Shown here: positions 37,711 to 50,418 of the stretch, in pieces
Numbering within the stretch: the stretch's first letter is position 1
Layout: each line of letters starts with the position of its first letter
Assembly (NCBI GenBank): GCA_000004695.1
Contig: CM000151.3
Location: forward strand, 7,520,001 to 7,584,000
DNA length: 64,000 bases
Direction: 5' to 3'
DNA from: Dictyostelium discoideum
Taxonomy: Eukaryota
The notes under the pieces: model-generated
Databases searched by the model: none
The model's input: only the letters and a program-made list of their open reading frames with translations
What the model was told of the DNA's origin: nothing
Position numbers and translations under genes: made by a program

Positions 37711-38988
37711 TTAAGAAGCTGATGTATAGAAATATCTTGTTCTATAGACATTTAAATAGTTAATTAAAATATCAATTAATGTTTTAAAGATATGAATCTT
37801 TTTCAAAAAGTTTAAAAATTTGTTTAATAAACCATCACCAATAAACTTTTCATAGAATGGTGATCTAATTAAATAGAAAAAAAGTAATTTCTTTCTTCTA
37901 TTCAATTCTTTGGCTTCCAATAAGGTTAATCGTATTTTCTGTTTAAAATTTCCATATTCTGAAAATGATTTGCTTAATAATTCAGTAACTAATGATAAAA
38001 ACCATGGTTTCCAAGACTTTTTACCAAATATACAATATGAAACCCCTAAAAAATTATTAAAATAAAATAAATTAGTATATATGTGTGTGTCTTTTTATTT
38101 ATTTTTTAAATAATACATACAATAAATAACAGGTCTAAATATAAATAAAATCTCACCAATAGTTTTTGTATTATAATCTTTTGGTGGTGGAGGTGGTAAT
38201 AATTTAATTAATGTTGATTCGTTTTGTTGTAATTCTCTCTGTTGTTGATATAATAAATTATTTTCTTGGTTTACAATTCGTTGTTGTTCAAATATTTGAT
38301 CTGATAATGTTCTTCTATTATTATTATTATTATTATTATTATTAAAATTATCATCGTTTGTATTATTATTATTATTAATATTATTATTATCATTATTATT
38401 AATATTATTATTATTATTTATTGACATTGTTACAGCTGGTCTTTTATTTTGGAATTGTTTTTGTTGATTTCGATTATTTTCAAGTATTGTTTTTACATCT
38501 TTTGAAGGTACATAAAATGAATGATGTACCAACATATCACCATTTGTTTTAATTAATAGTTTTAAACGTAAAATTGCTTTTAATAATTCAATTATAAATA
38601 TTATCATCTTTTTAATATTATTATTACTATTATTGTTATTACTATTACTATCGTCATGTTGTTCTCCTTTTTTTGTTGCTAACATTTCAAAGAATAATTC
38701 TAAACTTTGCACTGTTGTAATCCAACGTAAAGTTGTTAAATAATAGGGTGGTGGTACTTTTTCACCATTTGATATTTTATCGATATTATTTGATAATAGA
38801 ATTCCTGATGACCTATAATCTAAATATGATTGCAATATATTTGCTACACTATAAAGACCTTCACTAAACAATTCAGAATCACCATATCTACCTGGTAAAA
38901 ATGTAATTAATGATTTTAATAATCCCAAATGATCACTATTCTCTAATAAAAATATTAAAATATTTGATTTTGGTTGTTTTGGAATCAT
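37711..38988 (-). CDS. pex16: Peroxisomal membrane protein PEX16. Model is complement(join(37711..38045,38121..38988)), about 400 aa.
   Basis: The donor ...cct gtt att tat t|GTATGT and acceptor tttAG|gggtttc give phase 1. The junction restores ...IGEILFIFRPVIYWVSYCIFGKKSWKPWFLSLVTELLSKSF...RRKKLLFFYLIRSPFYEKF..., which matches human PEX16 IAEFLYIARPLLH...[21 protein letters not shown]...RRTILLLYYLLRSPFYDRF and the C-terminal ...YFY motif. Confidence 0.85.
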
Positions 38989-39646
38989 CTTTATTATTTT
39001 ATTATTTTTTTAATTTATTATTTTTTTAATTATTTTTTTTCGATTTTATTATTGTGTATATATATAAATATAGATATGATTTTTAAGTATGATGTAGAAA
39101 ACAATCTATTATGATTATATTTGGTTACAACAACAACAATAACAACAACAACAACAACAATAACAACAATAACAGACAACCAACCAAAATTATTCCAACT
39201 ATCTTTTGCAAAACAAAATCTGAAAACAAAAATTGAAAAAAAAAAATAAAAAATAAAAAATAAAAAAAAAATAAAAAAAAAAAAAATAAAAATTAATTTT
39301 TTTTTTTTAATTTTTTATTTTTCAAATTTAGGTTAAATTTAAATACACCAAGATACAAATAAAAACCCCTTAGAATCAGAAAAAAAATAAAAAATAAATA
39401 AAATAAAATAAAAATTAAATAAAAAATAAAAAGCGCGCGTGGATTCATTTAAATGAATAATTAAATATTTTTTTTTTTCTTATTAATATTTCACTTTCAT
39501 ACGATCATTACACTACCAATTATATACATAAAATTTATTTATTTAACTTTAATTATAAAATACAATAAAATACAAAAAAAAATAATTCAAATAAATAAAA
39601 ATAAATAAATAAAAGAAGAAAAAGAAAAAGAAAAAGAAAAAGAAAG

Positions 39647-39688
<42 letters not shown>

Positions 39689-39691
<3 letters not shown>

Positions 39692-42546
39692 CAATCTGAT
39701 ACGTTGACTGTACAAACTGTACCAAATACAACGAATGTAACGAATACTGAGCATTCAATGTTAGCAGTATGTATATTTATCACCCCCTTTCCTTTCATTT
39801 TTTATTAATTTAATAATAACAATTATAAAATAAACTAATAAATAAAAATTATAGAAAATTGAAGAAAATAGACATATTATTCAAACTATATGGGAAAAAC
39901 AAAATTTAGGTAAATTAACAGAATGTGAACAATTTCAAAAAAGATTACATAGTAATCTTTTATTATTAGCTCCATTAGCTGATCACCAACAAAATTATCA
40001 TGTAAGTGAAAAAAAAAAAAAAAAAACAAAAAAAGCAAAGCAAAGAGTTATACTAACTATGATTTTAATCAATTATTAATGAATAGAAACAACAACAAGC
40101 ATTACTACAGCAACAACAGCAACAACAACAAGCATTACTACAACAACAGCAACAATCACCAGTTACAAATGTAGCAACCAATACACCACCAACTTTACAA
40201 CACTCAATTTCATCACCATCACCAAATAATTTTAACAATAATAATAATGCAAATAATCAATTCCTTTCACCTAATAGTCCTCAAGTTGCAAAATCATCAC
40301 CTTCTCAAAACAATCCATCAACACCAATTGCCAATACTCCAACAACAACAACAACAACAGCCGCAACAACAGCCACAAACACTAATACGATGATGAGTGG
40401 AAGTAGTGGCGGAGTGGTATCACCAGTTTCAAATCAGCAACAACAACAATCGATTCAGTCACCATCACAACAATCAGTTGTACAAAGATCACCATCACAA
40501 TCATTAAATTCATCAGCATCGTCAATTCAAAGTTTACAAAATATTCAAAATACTCAAAATACAATTCAACAATTAACAAACTCTCTAACACAAGTTAAAA
40601 CTATAATTCAACAATATCAATCACAAAATCAACAAGTACCACAAGATGTAATCTCTAGATATCATGAATTCTATTCAATGTTGCAACAACAACAACAAAA
40701 CCTATTACAACAACAATCTTTATTACAACAGCAACAAGCTTTATTACAACAACAACAAGTTGGAAACCCAATGCAACAAAGTAATGATATGCAACCACAA
40801 ACACCACAACAAAATAATATGCAACAACAACAACAACCACAAACACCACAACAAACAAATATGCAACAACCTCAAACTCCACAACAAAATAGTATGCAAC
40901 CATCTCAACAACCAATTACTCAACAAGAATATCAACAAATTTATGATAAAATAGTATCAATGAGTTCACAGATATTATTGTGTAATCAAAATATACAAAA
41001 ATTACAAAGTGAATCCTATGATCCACACGTTTTACAAGGATTACAAAATCAAGTTGCAAATTTAGAGATTGCTCAAGCAAATAGTCTTAGATTCTTACCT
41101 CAACAATATCATGTCGTACTATTCCAACAACAACAGCAACAACAAGCCAATCAACAACAATTACAATTAATGCAAATTAAACAATCAAAGGAATATATGG
41201 TTTTAACACCTGCTCAACAATTAATTTATAATCAACAAATTCAACAAAATCATTACAATCAACAAGTTATACTGAGACAACAACAACAAAAATTAATGGC
41301 AATATTGGAACAACAAAATCAAATGATAGCACAACAACAACAACAACAACATCAAATGCATCAACAACATCAAATGCAACCACAGCAACAACAACAACAA
41401 CATCAAATGCATCAACAATCACCACAACAACCACAACAAATGGGAATGGGAGGTAACCCACCATCACTTGAAATGATATCACCAATGTCTGCTGTAATGA
41501 ATGGTGTAACTAGTCCAATGAATCAAGGGATGATGAGTAGTAATAATGGTATGCCAACAATAACAACATCATTATCTGCAATTTCTCCAACCTCACCAAT
41601 TGGTACAAATTTAAATATGTCCAATCCAACTACAACCACAGTAGCAAATGTCACCACCACCGCAGCCACTACCACCACTGCTTCATCATCTGGTAAAGAG
41701 GAGAAAGAAAAGAAAAAAGATAAAAAAGATAAAGATAAAGATAAGGATAAGGATGATGATGATAAAGAATCTAAAAAAGATAAAAAAGATAAGAAGGATA
41801 AAAAAGCAAGTAAAGAGAAAACTTCGCATTGGACATCCGAAGAACATAATAAATTTTTAGAAGCAGTTCAACAATTTGGTATTAAAGATTACCATGCCAT
41901 AGCTAAATTTGTTCAAACTAGAAATCATCATCAAGTTAGAACTCATGTAAATACTTATTTAAAAAATCAAAAGAAAGCTGAAGCTGCAACATCTTCAACT
42001 CAAGTTAGTACTCCACAACAACAATTACCAATAGTTGGTACTCCACAACAATCTGTTGGTACTCCACAACAACAACAACCACCAATTGAACAAACACCAC
42101 CACCACCACAACAACAACAACAACCACCACAATTAACACCAGAACAACAATTAGCTTCACAACAACAACAAGCAACATTACAATTTCAACAATATCAACA
42201 ACCACAAGATCAACAACAGCAACAATATCAACAATATCAACAATATGATCCTCAACAACAACAACAACAACCACAACAACAACCTCCACCACCACAAACC
42301 ACTCCCCCAAATAATGAAAATAATAATAATATTAATAATAATTTAGAAAACACTAATAATAACGATAATGGTAACAATAATAATAATGAATATAATAGTG
42401 GATTTGATTCAAATAGTGGGTTGAATGACGAGATGGGAATAGGATTATTTGGATCACCTGGTAATAATAGCAATAATAATTTAGGAATTTCCATTGAAGG
42501 TAATAATTTTGATGACAATCCATCAATCTCTTCCCCAGGTGTATAA
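39689..42546 (+). CDS. Gln-rich transcription-coactivator-like protein with an N-terminal SS18/SYT SNH domain and a C-terminal Myb/SANT (SHAQKYF-class-like) domain. Model is join(39689..39766,39855..40001,40087..42546), about 894 aa.
   Basis: Exon 1 is MQSDTLTVQTVPNTTNVTNTEHSMLA|GTATGT. Exon 2 KIEENRHIIQTIWEKQNLGKLTECEQFQKRLHSNLLLLAPLADHQQNYH|GTAAGT matches the human SS18 SNH domain ENNHLIQCIMDSQNKGKTSECSQYQQMLHTNLVYLATIADSNQNMQ. Exon 3 is a poly-Q/PQ-rich region, a KD-rich linker, then SHWTSEEHNKFLEAVQQFGIKDYHAIAKFVQTRNHHQVRTHVNTYLKNQKK (Myb/SANT). All junctions are phase 0 and in frame. Confidence 0.7.
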
Positions 42547-42833
42547 AAATAAATAAAAAAATAAAAAAAATAAAAATAAAAAAAGAAATAGAAATAGAAA
42601 TAGAAAACAAAAAATAAATAAAACAGTAAGAAATTAAATTCAAAATCAAGAAATTGAATTCAATAAAAAAATTAAAATAAATTGCAATTCTTTTATTATT
42701 ATTATTTTTTTTTTTTTTTTTTTTTTTTTTAATGATATTTCTATTTCTATTTTTTTTTTTATATATTTTACTTTATTAATCAAAAAAAATTTTATTTTTT
42801 TATTTTTTTTCAAAAGCTTTTACTTTATTAATC

Positions 42834-42880
<47 letters not shown>

Positions 42881-43698
42881 AAAAAAAATTAAATAAAAAT
42901 AAAAATAGAAATAGAAATAAAAATAAAAATAAAAATAAAAATAAAAATAAAAATAAAAATAAAAATAAAAATGAAAATGGAATTAATTTTTTTTTTTTTT
43001 GGAATTCAACTCCAAGCTTAATCTAAAGAAAAAAAAAGACGTAATAAATATCCTTCTTCTATAAAAATCTGTGAGAAAATATGGAGTGGGTTCTGTGGGA
43101 AAAATTAAAAAAAATTTTGATGATTTGTTTCCAACCAGGATATTGTGTTCCAAAAGGAACCATCTTAATCTTATGGAATGCACAATACCAAAATATCAGG
43201 GTGTGAAAATTGATTTTTTTTCAATTTTTTTTTTTATTTTTTTTTTTTTATTTTTTTTTTTTTAGTTTTTTTTAACAGATTTGAACAATTTATTATATTT
43301 TTTTTTAGTTTTTTATTTTTTTTATACTAAAACATAAATCCTTTATGTTTGGGTAAGTTTCACATATGTAATAATATATATTATTATTTTTGAAAAAACA
43401 TTTTCTATTTTTTTTTATTTATTTTTTTATTTATTTTTATTCATTAAGTAGAGACTTCCCAAATTGGCAAAACTACAATTTAAATGATAATACTATAAAA
43501 AAAAAAAATAAATAAAAAAAAAAACAAATAAAAAAAGGAATAAAAAAAAAGGAATTAAGAACACCACATTTATTTTAAAGAAAGATGATAATTTTTAAAA
43601 AATTTTTTTTTTTTTTTAATAATTAAAAAAATAATGGTCCACCACACAATTTAATGTTTTTTTTATTTTTTTTATAAGTAATAAGATTTAATTGTTTT

Positions 43699-43742
<44 letters not shown>

Positions 43743-44057
43743 GTAGTTATAATAATAATAAATAAAAATTTATAAACTTAATTTCTGTTTTTTTTTATCT
43801 TTTTTATTCAACAGATTAATTTCATAAATTTTTTTTATTTTTTTTTTTTTATTTCATTTTTTTTATAATTCTTTCATTTTTTTTTATTTATTATTATTTA
43901 TTATTTAATAAAATAATAAACTAATAATAATATCCTTTTAAAAAAAAAAATAGATAATCAAAATAAAATCAATAAAAATAGCCACGAGGCATCAATTATT
44001 TTAACAGAGTTTGAATTAATTGAATTAAATACTGAAAAGATAGAAAATAATAAAAAT

Positions 44058-45770
44058 ATGACACCCAGAATTGAAAGTGAGGAATCTGCTCCTCTAGTAA
44101 ATAAAAACAACAACAATAATAACGATAATAATAATAATAATAATGTTGATGAAGAAAACCCTTTAATAATAGAAAGTGGTATTCCAATTGAAGATTTAGA
44201 ACAAAAAAATAAACCATATTTAATTAAAGTACCAAATATTGATAAACCAGATTCTGTAAGTTTTTATTTTTCATTTTTTTTTTTTTTTTTTTTATTAATA
44301 ATAATAATAATAATAAAAATTATTTATTAATTTTTTATTTCTTTTTTTTTTTTAATTAAAAAAAAGAAATGGATAAATTTTAAAACATTATGGGCATTTA
44401 CAGGACCAGGATTTTTAATGAGTATAGCATATTTAGATCCTGGTAATTTAGAGAGTGATATTCAAGCAGGAGCAATGGCAGGATATCAATTACTTTGGGT
44501 ATTATTTTGGTCAACAGTTATTGGATTTTGGTTACAAATGTTAGCATCAAGATTGGGTGTTGTAACAGGTAAACATTTAGCTGAACATTGTAGAGAACAA
44601 TATCCAAAGACACCAAGGCTATTGTTATGGTTAATGACAGAGTTGGCCATTATAGGTAGTGATATTCAAGAGGTTATCGGTACTGCGATTGCCTTGCAAA
44701 TCTTATCGAATGGACATATACCATTATGGGCTGGTGTATTATTCACTGCAGCTGATACATTCACATTTTTATTTTTAGAGAAATATGGTATTAGAAAGTT
44801 GGAGGCATTCTTTTGCTCCTTGATTGCAATCATGGCCATTTCTTTTGGTGTAGAATACATCATTAGCAAGCCCGACCAAATTGAGGTGGTAAAAGGTGTA
44901 TTCATACCATTATGCTCACAGAACAACATTTCCCAAGCTGTGGGTATCTTGGGGGCAGTTGTAATGCCACATAATATCTACTTACATAGCGCTTTGGTAC
45001 AGTCAAGAGAAATCGATAGAAAGAGTGAAACTCAAGTAAAAATCGCAAATAAATACAATCGTTTAGAATCTGCATTCGCATTGATCATCTCTTTTATTAT
45101 TAATCTATTATTGGTATCAGTTTTCGCTAAAGGATTCTATGGAGAAACTACAGAGATTGGGTTATCATCGGCTGCTGATTTCCTTATGGACAAGTATGGT
45201 AAGGTTGCAAAATACATTTGGGCAATCGGTTTATTTAGTGCTGGTCAATGCTCGACTATGACAGGTACCTATAGTGGTCAATTTGTAATGGAAGGTTTCT
45301 TAAAATTAAAAATCGCACCTTGGAAAAGATTATTAATCACCCGTTGTACCGCTATCGTTCCTGCTATGGTTGTTGCTATATTATCGACTTCTCATTTGGA
45401 TTCTTTAGATCAATGGTTAAACATTTTGCAAAGTATTCAATTACCCTTTGCAGTGGTACCTGTATTATTATTTACAAGCTCTGAGAAAATTATGGGTTCA
45501 AAATTTAAAAATCATTGGTTAAATAATCAATTTGTTAGATTTTTATCACTATTAATCATTGCAATCAACATTTATTTAATTATCACTTTCTCAATGCAAA
45601 TCTCTGAATCAGCTTGGATGATTTCAATAGTTTCAATATCTTTCTTTTTTTATTTCATTTTCATAGTTTATTTATCAATGGGTCAAGAAAACTTTAATTC
45701 TATGACTAAAAAAATCAAAAATTTATTTAATAATAATTCAAATCAAACTTATAATAATATTAATTATTAA
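44058..45770 (+). CDS. nramp1: Nramp-family divalent-metal transporter. Model is join(44058..44255,44367..45770), 533 aa.
   Basis: The donor ...gat tct|GTAAGT and acceptor aaaaAG|aaatgg are phase 0. Exon 2 opens with the Nramp signature KWINFKTLWAFTGPGFLMSIAYLDPGNLESDIQAGA followed by 10-12 TM helices. The 533-aa length matches what I recall for Dictyostelium Nramp1. Confidence 0.75.
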
Positions 45771-46478
45771 TAATTTTTTTTTTTTTTATTTAATTGATAA
45801 AAAAAAAAAAATTAAAATATTAAAATAAATAAATAATAATAATAAATATATAACTTTTTTTTTTTTTCTATTCAAATAATTATCTTTTTTTAATTTTTTT
45901 CTATTCAAATACACTAATAATTAATTTTTTTTTTTTTTTATATTTTAAATCTTTATTTTTTTTTTTTTTTATATTTTAAAATCTTTATTTTTATTTTTTA
46001 ATTAAATAAATCTTTTAAAAAGTTGATAGTAATTGTTTTATTTGTTTTTTTTTTTTTTTTTTTTTTTGTTAATAATTTATATTTTTTTGTGAAGTGACAC
46101 ATATTATCTTTTAAAAGAAGCATTAATAATTAAATTATATTTTTTTTTTAAAAAAAACAAGTGGATATAAAAAGTTTTTTTTTTTTTATTAATAAAATCA
46201 AAAAAACAAACAAATATATTTTAACAACTAAATAAAATATTAAATATATTATTAAAAAAAAGAAAAAAAAAAGTTTATAAAAAAAAAAAAAAAAAAACAA
46301 ATATAGTTTAAAAAAAAGAAATTTTCAATTAATTTTAAAAATAAAAAAATAAAATGAAAATTTTAAATTTAATTCTAATTCTTGCAATTTTAAATATTGT
46401 AATTGAATTTTCAAATGCAAGATCAAATGATAAAGAGAAATGTAGTTTAAAATTTATCCAGGAATTTCAAATGATGGT

Positions 46479-47330
46479 ATGGGTAATATTTTAATAATTG
46501 GTAAACCAAGTAATCCAAAAAATGAAAGTAAAGTTTTTGTTTCTGGTGTTTATAAAATTCCAATGTTTTCAATGGGTGGTGATACAATTTCAAGAAAGTT
46601 AGATATCAATGGTGAAGTTTTAAATGGTGGTAGTAATTCAATGTCAATTAATTTATTTTATGGTTATTTACCAAAACAAAATATATATTATTTTAGAATG
46701 AATCATGCTGGTCAACCAGTATTTAGTATGTTAAAACCATCATCATCGTCAGAATTAAAACAAGTTTTTAATATTCATAATACACCATTTGTTCCAGCTA
46801 TTAATGGTAATACATTCATTTATGGTGCATATGGTATTTATAGATTAAATAAATTACCAGAAGATGTTAGTGATGCTCAATTGTCAATTCAATTATATAA
46901 AGATCAAATTATTAATGGTTTATCATTTGATAGTGAAAATAAATCTGTAATTTATATGTCAACTTATCAAGGTACTTTCTTAAAGGGTGATATTAATTGT
47001 GTAAATTGTACAAAAGATCAATTGGAATTAATTGGAAATGATACAAATGCTCAATCAGTAAATGATTTATTAGTATATAAAGATATGATCTATTATTCTT
47101 ACCCAACTGGTATTAGAGGTTTCCCGAAGAATGGAAAAGGTAATCCAATTCAATTAGTTTCAAATGAAAATGTTAATTCAATGATTCAATTAAATGGTAA
47201 AATTTATTTCTCAACAAATGATGGTTTAATTAAAACAATAAAATTACCAAATTCATCATCACCATCATCATCAACCTCAAATCAACTTAAAACTATTTTC
47301 AATAGTTCATATTACACCAAATGTCAATAA
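46479..47330 (+). CDS. Putative secreted, N-glycosylated protein of unknown function (283 aa as an ATG-to-stop ORF). The 5' end is uncertain.
   Basis: Long ORF with many N-x-S/T sites and a Cys pair (CVNC). A perfect signal-peptide ORF (MKILNLILILAILNIVIEFSNA..., ATG at 46354) lies immediately upstream but in the +1 frame. A GTATGG donor at 46477 and AG at 46598 would join the two frames but would skip 40 open codons. Confidence 0.45.
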   Translation: MGNILIIGKPSNPKNESKVFVSGVYKIPMFSMGGDTISRKLDINGEVLNGGSNSMSINLFYGYLPKQNIYYFRMNHAGQPVFSMLKPSSSSELKQVFNIHNTPFVPAINGNTFIYGAYGIYRLNKLPEDVSDAQLSIQLYKDQIINGLSFDSENKSVIYMSTYQGTFLKGDINCVNCTKDQLELIGNDTNAQSVNDLLVYKDMIYYSYPTGIRGFPKNGKGNPIQLVSNENVNSMIQLNGKIYFSTNDGLIKTIKLPNSSSPSSSTSNQLKTIFNSSYYTKCQ

Positions 47331-47784
47331 AAAAAATTTGTTTTTTTATTTGATTATTTTGTTTTCAAATTGTTTCAAAAAATAATAAAATAAATAAAAT
47401 ATATATTTTTTATAAATAATACATAAGAAACTATGAATACTTTAAATTTATTTTCCTTTTTTTTTTTTTTTTTTTTTTTAAATATATTATTTTATTAATA
47501 TCAATTTTTTAATATTTATTCAATAAACATTTTATCCGCCAATTCTTTTTATTTAATAATATATTTTTTAATATAGTTTTATAGGTATAAATGAAAAAAA
47601 ATTAAAAAAAAAATAAATAAAAACAAGAATGCCAAAGAAAGTATGGGTTATTAAGTATATTTTCCTTTTTTTTTTTATTTGCTCTGTTTTTTTTTTTTTT
47701 TTTTTTTTTTTTCAATAATATTTATACAATTTTATCCTCTAATTCTACAAATGATTTTATTTTTTTATTTTTTTTTACAATTTT

Positions 47785-48649
47785 TTAAAATATTTCTTGT
47801 TCTTGTGGTTTTTGTTGCTCTGAAGCTTGTTGTTGTTGTTCTTGTAATTTCTTTTGTTTAACATGTTCTGATAAAGTTGGAGAGAAATCCAATGGATTTA
47901 AAGTTTCACCACCTGCACAAACATAATATTCACCATCAATAATTTCTTCCATTGTCTTAACGAGTTTACCAGAAGAAGCTAAATATAATTTTCTGACTGG
48001 ACCAGTTGGTAATTTAACTTGTTTTGAGAGTTGTTCTTTTAATTGATCATAAGTTTTAAATTTGGTTGAATGTACAGTTACACGTTCACCAGAATGATAT
48101 CTATCACCATTTCTAAAACACATTATAACTTTAGCTTTCTCTGTCTGAACTGAAAATTTATCAATTGAATGAACTGCACTCTCTTTATATGCTGATACAA
48201 CTGGTTTTTTAGGTGATTGTGCACTTGAAACTGATGGTGATGCTGATAGTGTTGGTTGTGATGTTGTAGTGGTACCACTTGATGATGTTGGTGTTGGTGT
48301 TGGTGGTGGAGGTACACTACTAACAAATGGTTTACTTGGTTTTGGTTCATCATCTTGATCGCTAACTTCTGCTTTACCAAATATATCTTGAATACCTTTT
48401 GGTATTACCTCTGTATTTAATGGTTCTGCACCACAACAAATATAATGATGTCCATCAACAAAATCCTTTATATCTTGAATTCTTTTTTTATCCATTGAAT
48501 AAACTTTTTGTACATTTCCTGTAAATAATCCAACTTTTTTTGAAAATTCTAATTTTAACTAAATAAAAAAAAAAAAAAAAATAAATAAAAATAAATAAAA
48601 TTTCCAATTTTAAAAAAAAAAATTAGTAATTTTCATTTATTTTTACAAA

Positions 48650-48720
<71 letters not shown>

Positions 48721-48933
48721 ATCTATAGGTTTATTTAAAAAAAATAAAAATAATAAAAAATAATAAAAAAAAATACTTACTTGATCAAATGTTTTAAATT
48801 TGGAAGAGTGAACAAGGCAATGAACACCTTCAACATGATATCTATCACCATTTCTAAATAATATTACACGGGCAGATTTGTCGGTTTGAAGACCAAATTT
48901 CTCCATTTTAGGTTTACCTGAAGTAGATGTCAT
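47785..48933 (-). CDS. dcx: Protein with two doublecortin (DCX) domains. Model is complement(join(47785..48558,48781..48933)), about 308 aa.
   Basis: Exon 1 MTSTSGKPKMEKFGLQTDKSARVILFRNGDRYHVEGVHCLVHSSKFKTFDQ|GTAAGT. A 222-bp intron carries (TAAA)n and ends tttAG|. Exon 2 LKLEFSKKVGLFTGNVQKVYSMDKKRIQDIKDFVDGHHYICCGAEP completes DCX repeat 1. The second repeat is KFSVQTEKAKVIMCFRNGDRYHSGERVTVHSTKFKTYDQLKEQLSKQVKLPTGPVRKLYLASSGKLVKTMEEIIDGEYYVCAGGE. Both junctions are phase 0. Confidence 0.8.
48647..48720. repeat. (TAAA)18 microsatellite in the dcx intron
   Basis: A run of aaataaataaataaat... Confidence 0.9.
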
Positions 48934-49896
48934 TTTTAAAATAAATTTATTTTATTATTTTTATTATTTTTATTATTTTTATTATTTTTTTTTTTTATTG
49001 TTTTTATTTAATGTATGAAAATTTAATTAATATTAAAAGTTTGGTGATAAAAGAAAATATTAAAAAAAAAACATTTTTTTTTTTATTCCAAAAAATTAAA
49101 AAATTAAAAAAAATAAATAAAATTTAAATTAAAGTGTTAACCGCTTAATCTGATGAGCTTACTCTGTGTGTGTATGTTAAATTTAATTGAAAAAAAAAAA
49201 AAAAAAAAAAAAAAATTAAAAAAATTATTTAAAAAAAATTTTCAAATAAAAAAAAAAAGAGCCAAAGGTTTGGATTTATTTTTGGAACAATTGTTTTAAT
49301 GAAAAAGCCCTGTTTTTATTTAATTGAAAAAAAAAAAAAAAAAAAAAAAAATAAAAATAAACTAAAAATAAAAAAATTAATAAAAAAAAAAAATTAAAAT
49401 ATTCAACATTCCTTAAAAAAAAAAAAAAAAAATATTAATAATAACTATTAATTAAAAAAACGAGTGTGCAAATATTAAAAAAACGAATCTCAAAATTAAA
49501 AAAAAAAAAAATAAAAAAAAAAAAACAGCAAACATTTTGGTGAAATTTAATTCCCAAAAAAAAAAAAAAAACAATAAAAAAAAACATTACCAAAATAAAA
49601 TAAATAATAATAAAAAAATTAATTTATATACACTTTTTTTTTTTTTTTTTCTATAAAGACCATCGTTTTATTTAAAACATAAAATGAAATTATAATTATT
49701 TTAAATTAAAAAATCATTTTTATGGATTGTAATTATTATTGTTATTAATTGTTGCATTGAAAAAGAAAAAAGGTTATTGTTGGGAGGGGGTGTGTTATTA
49801 TAAAATTTTAATGATTACTGAAAAAATGAAAAATTAATAATAATAATAATAACAACAAATCATTTATTAATGATAATAATGATGATTTGTTTTTAT

Positions 49897-50418
49897 TTAA
49901 ATTTTATTAATTTTACTGGCCATTACGGTAGGATTATCTTTGGCAAGTTGTTCTTTACCAGCGGATTTATAGTCGAAAGAGCAATCGTGCTTGTTAGAGT
50001 ATCTATGAGTGGAACAATATACAAAACTACAACGACACTTGAAACCTAATAAACCAACCTTTTTATTGCAACTAAAACATTTGGTGGTATCGGTTTGAAC
50101 TTTTTTAGTATCTTTTTCTTCTGTTGGTGGTTCTTCAACCTCTACAAGTTTAGCAGTTTCGACAACTGCGTTTGTTGCTTGTTGTTTATTTATTTCAATA
50201 TCTTTTTTGGTGATACTATTTGTGGTGGTTGAGGTGGTTGAAGTTGTATTTATATTACTAATGCTATTGTTGTCATTATTTGAGGTTGTTTCTTTTTTAG
50301 TTCTAAAACATTTCGAACACATATTCTCAGTAAGAGGATTACCGAAAAATCCACATCCTTTTGAACAAGGAGTTGGGGTATTTTGTTGTTGTGTAGTATT
50401 AGAGTCACCAGAATCCAT
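49897..50418 (-). CDS. A20-type plus AN1-type zinc-finger protein (ZFAND5/6 / stress-associated-protein-like), 173 aa, single exon
   Basis: N-terminal CSKGCGFFGNPLTENMCSKCF is an A20 zinc finger. C-terminal CFSCNKKVGLLGFKCRCSFVYCSTHRYSNKHDCSFDYK is an AN1 zinc finger. Confidence 0.85.
   Translation of the reverse strand: MDSGDSNTTQQQNTPTPCSKGCGFFGNPLTENMCSKCFRTKKETTSNNDNNSISNINTTSTTSTTTNSITKKDIEINKQQATNAVVETAKLVEVEEPPTEEKDTKKVQTDTTKCFSCNKKVGLLGFKCRCSFVYCSTHRYSNKHDCSFDYKSAGKEQLAKDNPTVMASKINKI

Noticed and set aside
40655-42650. Several antisense or alternate-frame ORFs rich in V/L or N/K within the SNH-Myb gene
   Set aside because: Artefacts of (CAA)n/(CAACAG)n coding repeats. The sense frame is continuous and encodes recognisable domains.
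49140-49165. A CTGATGA (box C-like) motif upstream of dcx
   Set aside because: No D box or terminal stem lies within 60-100 nt on either strand. It is probably a chance occurrence.
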